Assembly: GCA_964477895.1 (NCBI GenBank)
Contig: CAYZFQ010000011.1
Coordinates: 23,825 to 87,824 of the forward strand
Direction: 5' to 3'
DNA from: an uncultured Bacteriovoracaceae bacterium
GTDB lineage: Bacteria > Bdellovibrionota > UBA2428
DNA: 64,000 nt
This document shows, piece by piece, positions 8,728-18,349 of this stretch; the first letter of the stretch is position 1, and each line of letters opens with the position of its first letter. Below the pieces are notes generated by a model. It ran no database searches. It saw only the letters and a program-made list of their open reading frames with translations, and was not told the DNA's origin. The position numbers and the translations under genes were made by a program.

Positions 8728-9816
8728 CTAGAGCGAGGTTCCAGGCGGGATTTGAGTCTTGTCGTGAGCATCTATATTAAAATCAGGCGGGAAAAGCGCC
8801 AAAGTGTGGGGACCGCGCGCGGGAATATCGGCCGACACGGCCGTGGCACGGAATGTAACTAAATTAAAGTTATTTAGCAGCTGAGCTTCGGTGTACCACG
8901 TGATTTTACCCGGAATCGAATCAGCGACGGCGTACTCGTAGGCACTATCAGGGTTTTCACTGGGTCGACCATAACCTACCACGGTCATCGCGTGTCCCAC
9001 GTTATCAAAGGTCACAGGCCAATTACCATCCAGCGATCGCCGCACCATCAAAGGAAGTTGGCGGCGATCCATTCGATAGCCCCAGTAGCGTGACTCGAGA
9101 TATTTCACCCAACCCACATTGGCGTCGCTCACGGGTTTGACCAAGACAAAATCATTTACGGTAGATTCCTGAGAAAAATCCGAGCCCAATATCTTAGAAG
9201 CCGACTCTTTTATGGCAATCTCTTCACTTAAAAATGTCGTCCGCACTTGGGCCTCACCGTATTTGGCAGTGAGAAAATCTCGAATGAAAATGTCGGCGCT
9301 AGCGAAGTCTGAAAATTCATTGCTGAGGAGGCGCTCTTTAGCCCTCGGAAACGAAAGACTCGCATCTGCTGCTACGCGGGAAATGTTTTCAAATGGCAGG
9401 TGAATGTTGAAGTTCTGAAACAAAGGATAGACAATATCACTCGTGGCGCTTGCTGCCGAACGCGCAAGAGATTTGCCGTGCTTGATCAAAGTTTCAAAGA
9501 ATTCAATCTGCCACCCCCCCTCATAATCGTCGAGAAAGAAGTCTTTTTTAGACTGATGAATATAGTGCATCCGCTCAAAGTCCACCCAAAATTTTACATC
9601 TCGCTCCACCTCAATCATCACGTCTAGATTCTCGCGACTCAGCGCTCGCGATTCCAAAAGGTGGCTCATGGAATAAGCCCAACAGTGAGCCGTAGTCCCT
9701 TGATCGCGCAAAGTCTTAAGTGGCAAACGCACCCCACCCCAAAGCGAGCCGAGAATTCCCAAGGAAAAATACACTCCGACAAAAGCACGAAGCGCAAAAA
9801 AATTAAAATTGATCAT
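8728..9816 (-). CDS. Papain-like (C1 family-like) cysteine peptidase, secreted or membrane-anchored.
   Basis: QGTTAHCWAYSMSH resembles the QGxCGSCWAF catalytic-Cys motif. NVGHAMTVVGYG resembles the catalytic-His HAVxxVGYG motif. Hydrophobic N-terminus. Confidence 0.6.
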   Translation of the reverse strand: MINFNFFALRAFVGVYFSLGILGSLWGGVRLPLKTLRDQGTTAHCWAYSMSHLLESRALSRENLDVMIEVERDVKFWVDFERMHYIHQSKKDFFLDDYEGGWQIEFFETLIKHGKSLARSAASATSDIVYPLFQNFNIHLPFENISRVAADASLSFPRAKERLLSNEFSDFASADIFIRDFLTAKYGEAQVRTTFLSEEIAIKESASKILGSDFSQESTVNDFVLVKPVSDANVGWVKYLESRYWGYRMDRRQLPLMVRRSLDGNWPVTFDNVGHAMTVVGYGRPSENPDSAYEYAVADSIPGKITWYTEAQLLNNFNLVTFRATAVSADIPARGPHTLALFPPDFNIDAHDKTQIPPGTSL

Positions 9817-9992
9817 GAGCCCCTCCGAAAAATCCAGCTTTTATACGTAGCGTTCTTTGAGCCCCCTCTCAAGCCAGTGTAGTTCTGATATGAAAAATTA
9901 AGGGAAACTGAGGACGTCAACTTGTGCGCCTTGCCGAGGGCGATGGAGCTAAAGCTTTGATTTTTACAAGTGCTGCCCCTACAATCCTAAGA

Positions 9993-11102
9993 ATGAATAA
10001 GCGCTCATTCACTTTTATGCTCCTCACCGCACTTCCATTGTTTTCTTCTTGTGGGCTCTTTCAGCCTCGACAATGCCAACCCGAAGCCGCTCAAAAAATT
10101 GGCTTCGAAGACGCCCTGGCGGGGAATGCAGGTCGCGCCGGCCTCGCCCAAGGTGGCGCCTGCAAAGGGGATTATTCCCCTTCTTCCTTTGAGAAAGATT
10201 ACATGTCGGGCTTTATGCGCGGACGAGAAGAAGCTTGCCAAAGTTCCCGAGCCACAGAATTGGCCGTCCTTGATGCTCGAGAGGGGATGGAGATGAAGCG
10301 CCTGAATATATTTGGAGTCTGTACGGAAGGAAAAAACCTCAAAGAATCTCTCGAAAAGGCTTATCGCAAAGCTTTTGCGTCGGAGTTTTGCAATTTGGAA
10401 AGGGCAAAAAAGTCCGCTCGAAATCAAGCGGATGCTCTGCAGGAAGCCGACTTTTCAGCCTTTAAAAAAGTTTGCGATGCTAAAACTCAAAAAGCACTCA
10501 GCCAAAACTTCACCTTGGAATATGAAACACGGTTGCGAGAGCGCTGCTCGCCTCTGGAACTCCAAGCGCAGGGCATGAAAGATGCTAAGGCTAAAATTGA
10601 CATGATGACATCAATGACGGCTCTCAAAGCCTGCCCCCTAGCCCAACAAGCGGAAGGCCTTGCCGCCTATTCTCGAGGCTATTCCGACACCCAAAGCCTG
10701 ATGTTGAAAGAAGAAGAATTGAAATTAAACCGCGACCGCGAAGAGCGCGAACGACAGCTGCGAGAGCGCGAATTGCAGCTCGGCGAGCAACGACAGCAAA
10801 ATTACACGGCTTCCCAAGGAGGGGGTGTGATTCATAGCGTGAACGGGCAGGACTTACTTGTGCAGTGCGATGTGCGAGCGAGTCGGGCCCAGCTTCTTTT
10901 GAAAAATCTCTCGGAACGCACTTTGTATATGAACGGTCCTATCGAAGTGGACGTTTACGACGAACGGGGCCAGTTTCTCACTCGAGAACGAGACACCCTA
11001 TACAAAACAATTGCGCCCCGCGGCATCGACACTTTGTTTGTGAATATTACTGCGCTGGGCAATCCCACTCGGTGCAGCCTTCGCTTCAGAGGTCCAGGTT
11101 AA
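9993..11102 (+). CDS. Lipoprotein with a coiled-coil, Arg/Glu-rich segment; hypothetical.
   Basis: MNKRSFTFMLLTALPLFSSCG has a lipobox (LFSSC). The internal ATG at 9993 is preferred over the ORF-track start at 9924. Contains an RDREERERQLRERELQLGEQRQQ segment. Confidence 0.5.
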   Translation: MNKRSFTFMLLTALPLFSSCGLFQPRQCQPEAAQKIGFEDALAGNAGRAGLAQGGACKGDYSPSSFEKDYMSGFMRGREEACQSSRATELAVLDAREGMEMKRLNIFGVCTEGKNLKESLEKAYRKAFASEFCNLERAKKSARNQADALQEADFSAFKKVCDAKTQKALSQNFTLEYETRLRERCSPLELQAQGMKDAKAKIDMMTSMTALKACPLAQQAEGLAAYSRGYSDTQSLMLKEEELKLNRDREERERQLRERELQLGEQRQQNYTASQGGGVIHSVNGQDLLVQCDVRASRAQLLLKNLSERTLYMNGPIEVDVYDERGQFLTRERDTLYKTIAPRGIDTLFVNITALGNPTRCSLRFRGPG

Positions 11103-11145
11103 GCCGTCCCCTCAAGAAAATGCCCAAAGTCCCCGATAAAGAGGG

Positions 11146-11628
11146 ATGAAAAGTGAAAACATTGAGAGCCAAGATGAAAGCAATCGCCGCCGCGGATTTC
11201 TGATCAATCCGGAATTTCAGTGGTCCTTTATTCGCCACTGCTTAGGACTCGCGGCCATCATACTTTTGGTGGTTTTTGCCGCTAACAGTCTTTTCTTCTG
11301 GTCCCTTCACAATATGGGACAAAGAGCGGGACTCGACCCCACCCACATCTTTTTTAGATTTTTAGCTCAACAACAATCGCGCATGCTCTGGATATTTATT
11401 GGTACCTCCGGAATTGTTGCGTCTACGATTTTAAGTTTTGGCTTGCGTTTGTCCCACCGAATCGCGGGTCCCCTTTTTAAACTCGACCGATTTCTAAAAG
11501 ATCCTTCCAAGGCTCGGCGGGGGCTGCGCTTTCGTACCGGAGACTACTTTCCTGAACTCGCAGAAAGTGCCAACGAGGCTTTGCGTCCGCGGGCTAAGGT
11601 CGAAACAAAGAAGGCTTCTGGTGAATAG
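11146..11628 (+). CDS. Small integral membrane protein, hypothetical.
   Basis: Two or three hydrophobic helices (LGLAAIILLVVFAANSLFFW; MLWIFIGTSGIVASTILSFGL). Confidence 0.45.
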   Translation: MKSENIESQDESNRRRGFLINPEFQWSFIRHCLGLAAIILLVVFAANSLFFWSLHNMGQRAGLDPTHIFFRFLAQQQSRMLWIFIGTSGIVASTILSFGLRLSHRIAGPLFKLDRFLKDPSKARRGLRFRTGDYFPELAESANEALRPRAKVETKKASGE

Positions 11629-12382
11629 TCGGAACTTTCTTTATCTTTTTCTAGGCCTAGTCATTCTGGGTTTTCATCGCTTAAGTCAAAGCGATCGTAA
11701 ACTCGCGCCTTTAACGGAGACCGAGTTGATCGACAACTTGAACGACGAGTCTCCCACCCAAGAATCGCTAAACTTTGCCTTTCACCAAGTCACCGAGAAC
11801 GCCGAGAGAGAGCCCAGTGACGACGAGTCAGTGGCTCCCAATTCTCTCCAGCCCGCACTGGAAATCATCAACATTGAGGATGCGCGCAGACTCCGACTCG
11901 AGAATACTGACGCCTTTGTCGCAAAGGTCCAAGAAGCACTCGACAAAATCCCCGCCAGCGACACGGTGACTCGGGATGCCTACTTGGAGGAACTCGCAAC
12001 TGTTTTACCGCAACAAGGCGAAATTATTTCTCAACTCGCCATCAATGAAATTAAAAACATCCGCTCAAGCGACGAGGACGCCAATTCCTCTCACAACAAT
12101 GCGCGACTGGAGCGACTTTTGGAAATCTACTACCGCTCAGAAGTTGACCCCGCGCGGCTGCTGAACGGGGCCGTGGATATGGCCCTAGGTGTAGGTGATG
12201 AGAAATTAAAAAGGCAACTCACCCAATCTTTGACGCAACGTTATCCGGAAATGACTGAAGCTTTGGCTGAGCGTTTAGCCAATGATGTGCCCGTCACTCT
12301 CTCGGCCCAACCTGAAGTGCAGTCGCCTGCAAGCCGCGAACGCTATCCCTCTTCTTCTCCTGAATTTTCGCCCGACCGCTAA
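11621..12382 (+). CDS. Acidic secreted hypothetical protein.
   Basis: A GTG at 11621 overlapping the upstream stop gives a clean signal peptide (MNSRNFLYLFLGLVILGFHRLSQS). The alternative ATG at 11567 would overlap the upstream gene by 62 nt. The protein is Asp/Glu-rich. Confidence 0.4.
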   Translation: MNSRNFLYLFLGLVILGFHRLSQSDRKLAPLTETELIDNLNDESPTQESLNFAFHQVTENAEREPSDDESVAPNSLQPALEIINIEDARRLRLENTDAFVAKVQEALDKIPASDTVTRDAYLEELATVLPQQGEIISQLAINEIKNIRSSDEDANSSHNNARLERLLEIYYRSEVDPARLLNGAVDMALGVGDEKLKRQLTQSLTQRYPEMTEALAERLANDVPVTLSAQPEVQSPASRERYPSSSPEFSPDR

Positions 12383-12886
12383 CTAGCTTCGGTAATAGTG
12401 GCAGGTGTAGCCACCAGGATTTTTCTGAAGGTAATCCTGGTGGTATTTTTCCGCGGGATAAAACTTTGTAAAAGCTAAGACTTGTGTCACCACAGGCCGA
12501 GCCCATTTAGCAGAGGCCTCCACTTCTTTAATTTTTGCCTCGGCCGTATTTTTCTGAGCATCGTCTCTGTAAAAAATAACTGAGCGATACTGCGAGCCAT
12601 GATCATTTCCCTGGGAATTAAGTGTGGTGGGATCATGCAATCTAAAAAAATGATCAAGCAGTGTGACTAAGCTCACAATGGCGGGGTCGAATTCAATTTG
12701 CAGAGCCTCAGCATGACCACTTTTACCGCCCTTTACAGTTTCGTAAGTCGGCGACTCTACATGACCGCCGGCATAACCCACCTCGGTATCTATGACCCCT
12801 GGAATTTGCCGAAAGAGTTCTTCCATTCCCCAAAAGCAGCCCCCGGCTAGAGTGAGGATTTCGCTTTTCATCTTGGAATTTGTCAT
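12383..12886 (-). CDS. msrA: Peptide methionine sulfoxide reductase MsrA.
   Basis: LAGGCFWGMEELF contains the GCFWG active-site motif. 167 aa. Confidence 0.9.
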   Translation of the reverse strand: MTNSKMKSEILTLAGGCFWGMEELFRQIPGVIDTEVGYAGGHVESPTYETVKGGKSGHAEALQIEFDPAIVSLVTLLDHFFRLHDPTTLNSQGNDHGSQYRSVIFYRDDAQKNTAEAKIKEVEASAKWARPVVTQVLAFTKFYPAEKYHQDYLQKNPGGYTCHYYRS

Positions 12887-13017
12887 GGGTTGAATAAAGC
12901 TCTCCCGTTCTGCCCAATCAAGCCCAAGCCAGAAGTCCTAGGGAGTTGCTCCACTCAGGCAACACATTGTTGCTTAATTTATTGCGCGAGGCAGCAGTTT
13001 TTTGATAGCCCTCTCTT

Positions 13018-13860
13018 ATGAAAGGTTTCACAGGCAAGGGCCTCCCTACCCATCTGATCTTTTTAAAAGAAGGTCTTGAGCGCCGTTGCCAATCTAACCC
13101 TTCTTACTCCTTACGAGCTTATTCCCGAGATTTAGGAATCTCCGTATCTCAGCTTTCGAGAGTTTTGGGTGGCAAGCAAGGACTCTCGGAGTCTTCCGCA
13201 AAAAAGATTTCTTCCAAATTGGGTCTTGGCCGAAATGAAGCAGAAATTTTTTGCACTTCCGTATTGTCCGCGGATGCAAGGTCTAAGCGTAAAAGACAGC
13301 AGGCTGCAGATCGGCTGATCGCCCTCGCCCCCCACGCAAAGGTACGCAGCCTCGAAGTTGAGCACTTTAAGGTCATCTCGGATTGGTACCACTTTGCCCT
13401 ACTTGAACTCATCGGGAGTCGAGGATTTTCCGAGAATCCTGAGTGGATCGCAAAGCGGCTGGGAATTTCTCGCTACGAAGCACAAAGTGCACTGGAGCGC
13501 TTGGAATCATTGGAATATATAAAAAGAAGTCCTCGGGGGCTAAGAAAGAGCCTTGGCAAAATTTTTACGGTTGCTGAAAATCTTCCCTCGGAAGCCATTC
13601 GAAAATTCACCAAACAAATTCTCGAGAGAGCCCAGAGTTCCATTGATGGGCAAAATTACCAGGAAAGAACTTTTGGCACGGTCACACTGAGCCTGGATCC
13701 TGCCGTTCTTCCTGAGATTTTTCATAAAATGTCTGAGCTCAGACGAGAATTCAACACCTTTGTAGAAAGCCTTGCCCTGCGTCCTAAGTATAAAAAAACA
13801 GAGGTTTATTGCTTCGCCATGCAATTTTTTAGACTCAGTCAAAATCAGGAGAAAGTATGA
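13018..13860 (+). CDS. TIGR02147-family protein with an N-terminal HTH (putative regulator).
   Basis: SYSLRAYSRDLGISVSQLSRVLGGKQGLSESSAKKISSKLGLGRNEAEIF matches the characteristic N-terminal signature of that family. Confidence 0.55.
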   Translation: MKGFTGKGLPTHLIFLKEGLERRCQSNPSYSLRAYSRDLGISVSQLSRVLGGKQGLSESSAKKISSKLGLGRNEAEIFCTSVLSADARSKRKRQQAADRLIALAPHAKVRSLEVEHFKVISDWYHFALLELIGSRGFSENPEWIAKRLGISRYEAQSALERLESLEYIKRSPRGLRKSLGKIFTVAENLPSEAIRKFTKQILERAQSSIDGQNYQERTFGTVTLSLDPAVLPEIFHKMSELRREFNTFVESLALRPKYKKTEVYCFAMQFFRLSQNQEKV

Positions 13861-15236
13861 GAACAAAGTATATTTTTTGGCTTCTTAGTTTATTTGAAGT
13901 GGCCTCGTGGGCTCAAGCCGCAGGAGGGGAAACTGGAAATGGGGGTGGCCTGATTGCACGGGATGGGAACATCATCACCATCGGCTCCTCGGGACTTCGG
14001 CTAGGTCTTGAGCCCATGACCGCAGATGAGATTCCGGGAATGCTTAATTTAATTAAAAATATACAAACTTTGAAAATTCATGGTTATCGAAAAACTCGAA
14101 TCCTGGACGCCGTGCTTCCCTCTCACGAGCGAAAGCCTCACGATCGAGAGTCTCGCGAACGAAGGTATTTCAAAATTAAAAAAGAAGATTTGCCTGCTCT
14201 GCGATACCAACAGCTCATTGATGTCTATGCCAAGATGCTGAAAATTGACCCACAAAATCTTCGCCTGGGGGCCCTGACATCAGGCAAAGAAAGTTATTTT
14301 TTGCCTGAGTTTTTTGAGCTGCAGAACGAATCCCAGCAAGGAGCCATAATTTTTCACGAAGCCAGTTGGATCTTGAAACCCACGGCCCCTTACACCGAGG
14401 TGGTGAAAGCAGAAATGGCGATGGAAAAATATCTCTTGCAAAGTAATAAATGTGGCTATGAACCTCGCCTTTTTCAGAGCCTTGAATATCTTCTTGGAAA
14501 CATCCGCTTTGATGCCCTTATTGGAGCTGCCGAGTGTGACCTTGAGCAACACAAAAAATCCTACAGCTATGAAGATGTCTTTGGAGAAAAATTTCTACGC
14601 TTTGCCTTTAGTCAAATCGACCTTTTTTCAGGAAAGCTCTTACTGGGAGAACAAGGCTCAATTCAGGACCGACACTTTCTAAATCCCGAAGGCCCACGCA
14701 ACTACCAAAACAGAACTTTCAACAGTGTCATAGCTCGAGCGGAATGGAAAAAACACCTCCTCGATTCCACCCTGAAATATCCCAAACTTCATGTTTATCG
14801 AGAGCTTCTTAATTTACAACCTCGACTCGCGTTGTCCGTCATTGCCTTTACCAATGCCTACATTAAAGGCCTTCCCAAGCATGAGTGGGAAATGAACCTT
14901 CCCGACATTCGAATTTTTTTAGTTGAGAACTTTGTTTTGGGTAAAAAACTTTTAATGAATCTCTATATCAACAATCCCACAGTTTATGACTTAGAAATTC
15001 TCAATCCCAAAGCCCGAAGTTCTCTAGGCTATCCCGAAAGACGGGTGCGAGCGACTTATGAGACTAAAGATGCCGGGCTCTTTTTGGATTCCAGTCTGGG
15101 CATTCTTCAGAAGACTTCTTTAACCGAAGATAACTCTGCTTTTAGCCTAAGCCGTCGCGCCCCGCTCCTTGAAGAGGATCAAGTGGCCACAGAACTTCGT
15201 TTGGAAATTTTAGAAAAGAATGAGGCATCGAAATGA
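13857..15236 (+). CDS. Secreted hypothetical protein.
   Basis: Signal peptide MRTKYIFWLLSLFEVASWAQA. Start overlaps the upstream stop (ATGA). Confidence 0.45.
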   Translation: MRTKYIFWLLSLFEVASWAQAAGGETGNGGGLIARDGNIITIGSSGLRLGLEPMTADEIPGMLNLIKNIQTLKIHGYRKTRILDAVLPSHERKPHDRESRERRYFKIKKEDLPALRYQQLIDVYAKMLKIDPQNLRLGALTSGKESYFLPEFFELQNESQQGAIIFHEASWILKPTAPYTEVVKAEMAMEKYLLQSNKCGYEPRLFQSLEYLLGNIRFDALIGAAECDLEQHKKSYSYEDVFGEKFLRFAFSQIDLFSGKLLLGEQGSIQDRHFLNPEGPRNYQNRTFNSVIARAEWKKHLLDSTLKYPKLHVYRELLNLQPRLALSVIAFTNAYIKGLPKHEWEMNLPDIRIFLVENFVLGKKLLMNLYINNPTVYDLEILNPKARSSLGYPERRVRATYETKDAGLFLDSSLGILQKTSLTEDNSAFSLSRRAPLLEEDQVATELRLEILEKNEASK

Positions 15237-15652
15237 AAAAATTCAGTATCATTATTATTGGGGTTATTTTAAGCCTCTCTCAACAGAGTCTTGCCATGGG
15301 GGATCGCTCACCTGGCAAAGGATCCCTCGACAAAGTATTTACGAGCCAAAGTACTAGCGCTGGCCAGGCCCTGAGCTCTGCACTAGCTCAGTGCCAAACT
15401 TATAAAGACTCTTTTTACCCCTCCCAGCTAGCGTGTGGTTCACAGCGAGAAGTAGTTGTGGATAACTCTCTGGCTTTTGAACATCGAAGTGACATAAAAA
15501 CTCACTACTATGCTTATTCCTGCGTGAAAGGTGAGACCCGTAAACTTGGGGACCTCTATGAATACCAAACTCGTTTTGAATGCGTCCATTCCAGAAGTTC
15601 TGAGTGGGAAAAAGTCAGCCGTCCACGCCGAGCTTCAGGACCCAATGGATGA
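15233..15652 (+). CDS. Small secreted Cys-containing hypothetical protein.
   Basis: Signal peptide MKKFSIIIIGVILSLSQQSLA. ATGA overlap with the upstream gene. Confidence 0.4.
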   Translation: MKKFSIIIIGVILSLSQQSLAMGDRSPGKGSLDKVFTSQSTSAGQALSSALAQCQTYKDSFYPSQLACGSQREVVVDNSLAFEHRSDIKTHYYAYSCVKGETRKLGDLYEYQTRFECVHSRSSEWEKVSRPRRASGPNG

Positions 15653-15680
15653 AAGGCTCCTGACCGCACCTGTCATAACC

Positions 15681-16829
15681 TTAAGGAAGCCTCCACTTGG
15701 GAATTTTAAGTTTGGTAATTTTTACAAAGTGATCCACAATTTCATTCACATCTTTCGGAGTCACCCAGCTTGGGTCTCGAAAGGCTTGACCTAGGTCACC
15801 CGAATCTCGAAATCGATTATATATCTCTAACCTAAGATACTCCTGAGAAACATAGGGACTTGTTTGATAGGCATAATTATTTTCATGATCTAAGAGAAAC
15901 CAAATTCCTTCTGCCAGCACTTGCCGCCGTCGCTCTTGGATAGCATCAATATATTCCCGCACCCTTTCGTAACGAGCCACTCGCCACTGTAAATACTCCA
16001 AAAACTTTGCGGCAAAGGTCTTATCGGCATCGTGAACCAATCCTGCTCCGGTTTCGCTGCCGATAGCCCGAGCTAAATTCTCACTATGAATGTGGTCATG
16101 CCAAATAAATTTACCATAACTATACTTTTGGGCGTCCACTCCAAGTCGACGACCTATACGTAGACGAGGACGTTCCACCAAGCCCACGGCCACCACCATC
16201 CGATCATTAATCGCTCGAAAGCCCAAATGAGCCCCTCTCGCATTGAGAAGTGGGAGCTCCACAATGGGTAAAAGTGTTTTTTCTGCTTGCGTAAAATCGA
16301 TCTCAGAAAAAACAGCGGACTCATCACAGAAAAATGAGGAAAATGAAATCAGACTAAGCAGATCCCCGTAGGTCACAAAGCCTCTACGAAGCACTTTCGA
16401 ATGAAAAACTGAAAATTTTTCGTAGGCCGCCTCATACTTTTGCTTCTTTTGAGGTTCAGAGGCTTTTCGCCAATCATAGCTTTTCCAAAATCGTTGATAC
16501 TCTTCAATCTTGGACACAAAGGCGTCGTATTCAGCTTGGAAATCAGGCATGGCAAAATTTAGTACTGAGCTTTGATCAGGATTGAGCTCTTCTTGAGTAT
16601 GTAGGAGACGCAGCTCAGTTGCGACTCGGGCTTCTCTAGGCGGAAGGTAACGAGAATGAATGTCTGTTAGAAATTCGCGAGTGAGGCTCAGGTCAATTGC
16701 CGGTGCAGACCGTATCTTGGCGGCATTGAGGGGACGAGCGCATCTATTTTTGGATTTGGAATAGGCCGAAAAACTTGGTGAGAAAGCAGCACTCAGCAGA
16801 AAGACTCGAACAAGGCACTCACGCAGCAT
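15681..16829 (-). CDS. Hypothetical protein, possibly secreted.
   Basis: 382-aa ORF with a hydrophobic N-terminus (VRVFLLSAAFSPSFSA). No recognisable catalytic motif. Confidence 0.4.
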   Translation of the reverse strand: MLRECLVRVFLLSAAFSPSFSAYSKSKNRCARPLNAAKIRSAPAIDLSLTREFLTDIHSRYLPPREARVATELRLLHTQEELNPDQSSVLNFAMPDFQAEYDAFVSKIEEYQRFWKSYDWRKASEPQKKQKYEAAYEKFSVFHSKVLRRGFVTYGDLLSLISFSSFFCDESAVFSEIDFTQAEKTLLPIVELPLLNARGAHLGFRAINDRMVVAVGLVERPRLRIGRRLGVDAQKYSYGKFIWHDHIHSENLARAIGSETGAGLVHDADKTFAAKFLEYLQWRVARYERVREYIDAIQERRRQVLAEGIWFLLDHENNYAYQTSPYVSQEYLRLEIYNRFRDSGDLGQAFRDPSWVTPKDVNEIVDHFVKITKLKIPKWRLP

Positions 16830-17145
16830 GACTATAGTTCGCGAAGTCGCTTATGGATGCGATGAATCTGAGTGAGATTGCGGGGGGATTTGATCATTAG
16901 GCTAGTAAGTCGAATTCGGAACGACGGGTCAAGATTTATTGCGCAAGCTAAATTTCAGCGGTTAAATCGGAGGCGGCCTAGGCCTGCAATAGAAACCCGG
17001 ATTTATGGCGCGGCATAGCTAAAGCTGGTACTTCCGACCTCAAAGACCCCGAGGAAATGAATGCTTTCCAGACTGAAATTCGCCGGATCGCTTCTTTACT
17101 GTGCTCAACACTTCTTTCGCAGAAAAACCAAGGCGATTTTGACAC

Positions 17146-17190
17146 TGGTACATATGTCTATTTTCCGGTACAATATAGACATATGTACCA
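17146..17190. promoter_or_regulatory. Perfect 16-bp inverted repeat (TGGTACATATGTCTAT n13 ATAGACATATGTACCA) overlapping the probable start codon of the AAA+ ATPase gene. A TTGACA sits just upstream (17139-17144) and a TACAAT lies in the loop (17169-17174).
   Basis: Read directly from the sequence. The arms are exact reverse complements. Confidence 0.45.
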
Positions 17191-18349
17191 AAGACTCATC
17201 TCGCCCCCCTCTACTCAAAGTTTTTTTCTCCTGGGGCCTCGGGGGAGCGGAAAATCAACGTGGCTAAAGACCCATTTCAAAAAGGAAGAAAGTCTCTGGA
17301 TTGATTTGCTCGTGCAAAAAACTGAGCTCAGTCTGGCTCAAGACCCAGATTCTCTCTTGGAAATGTGGCATGGAGCCGGCAAGCCAAAATGGGCTGTCAT
17401 CGATGAGATTCAAAAGTTGCCTGCCCTCCTTGATGTCGTACATCGAGGCATTGAAGAGCATAAGATTCGTTTTGCTCTGACGGGTTCGAGCGCCAGAAAA
17501 CTTCGTAAGGGGCATGCCAATCTACTTGGTGGACGAGCCATAGAGATCCATCTGATGCCCTTTTCCTCACTTGAGCTCGGGAAAGATTTTAAACTCGATC
17601 AAGCCTTGAAGTTTGGTCTTTTGCCACGACTGTGGTCAGACCCCAAAATGACGGACGGCGATCGATCCGACCTTCTCTATTCTTATGTGAGCACCTATCT
17701 GCGTGAAGAGGTTGCAGCAGAACAGCTCGTGCGAAATTTGGACCCCTTCCGAAGATTTTTGCTGGCAGCCGCCCAGTGCAATACGGAACCTTTGAACTAT
17801 TCTAAGATTGGTCGCGATGCCGGGGTAGATTCTAAACAGGTCGAGCGCCATTTTGAGATTCTAGGCGATACCTTGATTGGTAACTATTTGGAACCCTTCC
17901 ATCGATCTGTTCGTAAACGACAAACTGCCAAGAGTAAGTTTTATTTTTTTGATACGGGAGTCGTGAGAGCCTTAACAAATTTAGCGGGCGAGTCCTTGCA
18001 TTCCTCAACTTATGAATATGGAAAACTATTCGAGTCATTTTTGATCAACGAATTCTATAAGCTTCGATCGGGACTCAATAAACGCTGGAATTTTTCGTTT
18101 CTCCGAAGCGAAGACAACGCAGAAATTGACCTCATTGTGGAAAAACCACGGGGAAAGCCCATCCTTGTTGAAATCAAGTCGTTCACGAAGATAACCACGG
18201 AGTCCGTGGCTTCCTTCTCTCGCCTGGCCAAGAAAATGGCACACGAGGAAGCTTTTTTGTTGTCCAATGCCACAACGGCCATCGAGCGAGACGGAATTCG
18301 CTGCGTCAACTGGAAAGAGGGATTGAAAGAAATTTTTATGGTGCCCTAA
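17183..18349 (+). CDS. AAA+ superfamily ATPase with C-terminal DUF4143 (COG1373-type).
   Basis: Walker A LLGPRGSGKSTWL, with DUF4143-like C-terminal half. I chose the ATG at 17183 (388 aa, Walker A about 17 aa from the start). The ORF-track start at 17057 would make the palindrome coding sequence. Confidence 0.75.
   Translation: MYQRLISPPSTQSFFLLGPRGSGKSTWLKTHFKKEESLWIDLLVQKTELSLAQDPDSLLEMWHGAGKPKWAVIDEIQKLPALLDVVHRGIEEHKIRFALTGSSARKLRKGHANLLGGRAIEIHLMPFSSLELGKDFKLDQALKFGLLPRLWSDPKMTDGDRSDLLYSYVSTYLREEVAAEQLVRNLDPFRRFLLAAAQCNTEPLNYSKIGRDAGVDSKQVERHFEILGDTLIGNYLEPFHRSVRKRQTAKSKFYFFDTGVVRALTNLAGESLHSSTYEYGKLFESFLINEFYKLRSGLNKRWNFSFLRSEDNAEIDLIVEKPRGKPILVEIKSFTKITTESVASFSRLAKKMAHEEAFLLSNATTAIERDGIRCVNWKEGLKEIFMVP

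Noticed and set aside
16830-17056. Possible remnant copy of the tRNA-Leu 3' end (tcgaattcggaacgacg vs tcgaactcccacgacc) as an island boundary.
   Set aside because: The similarity is too weak and short to call an att repeat.
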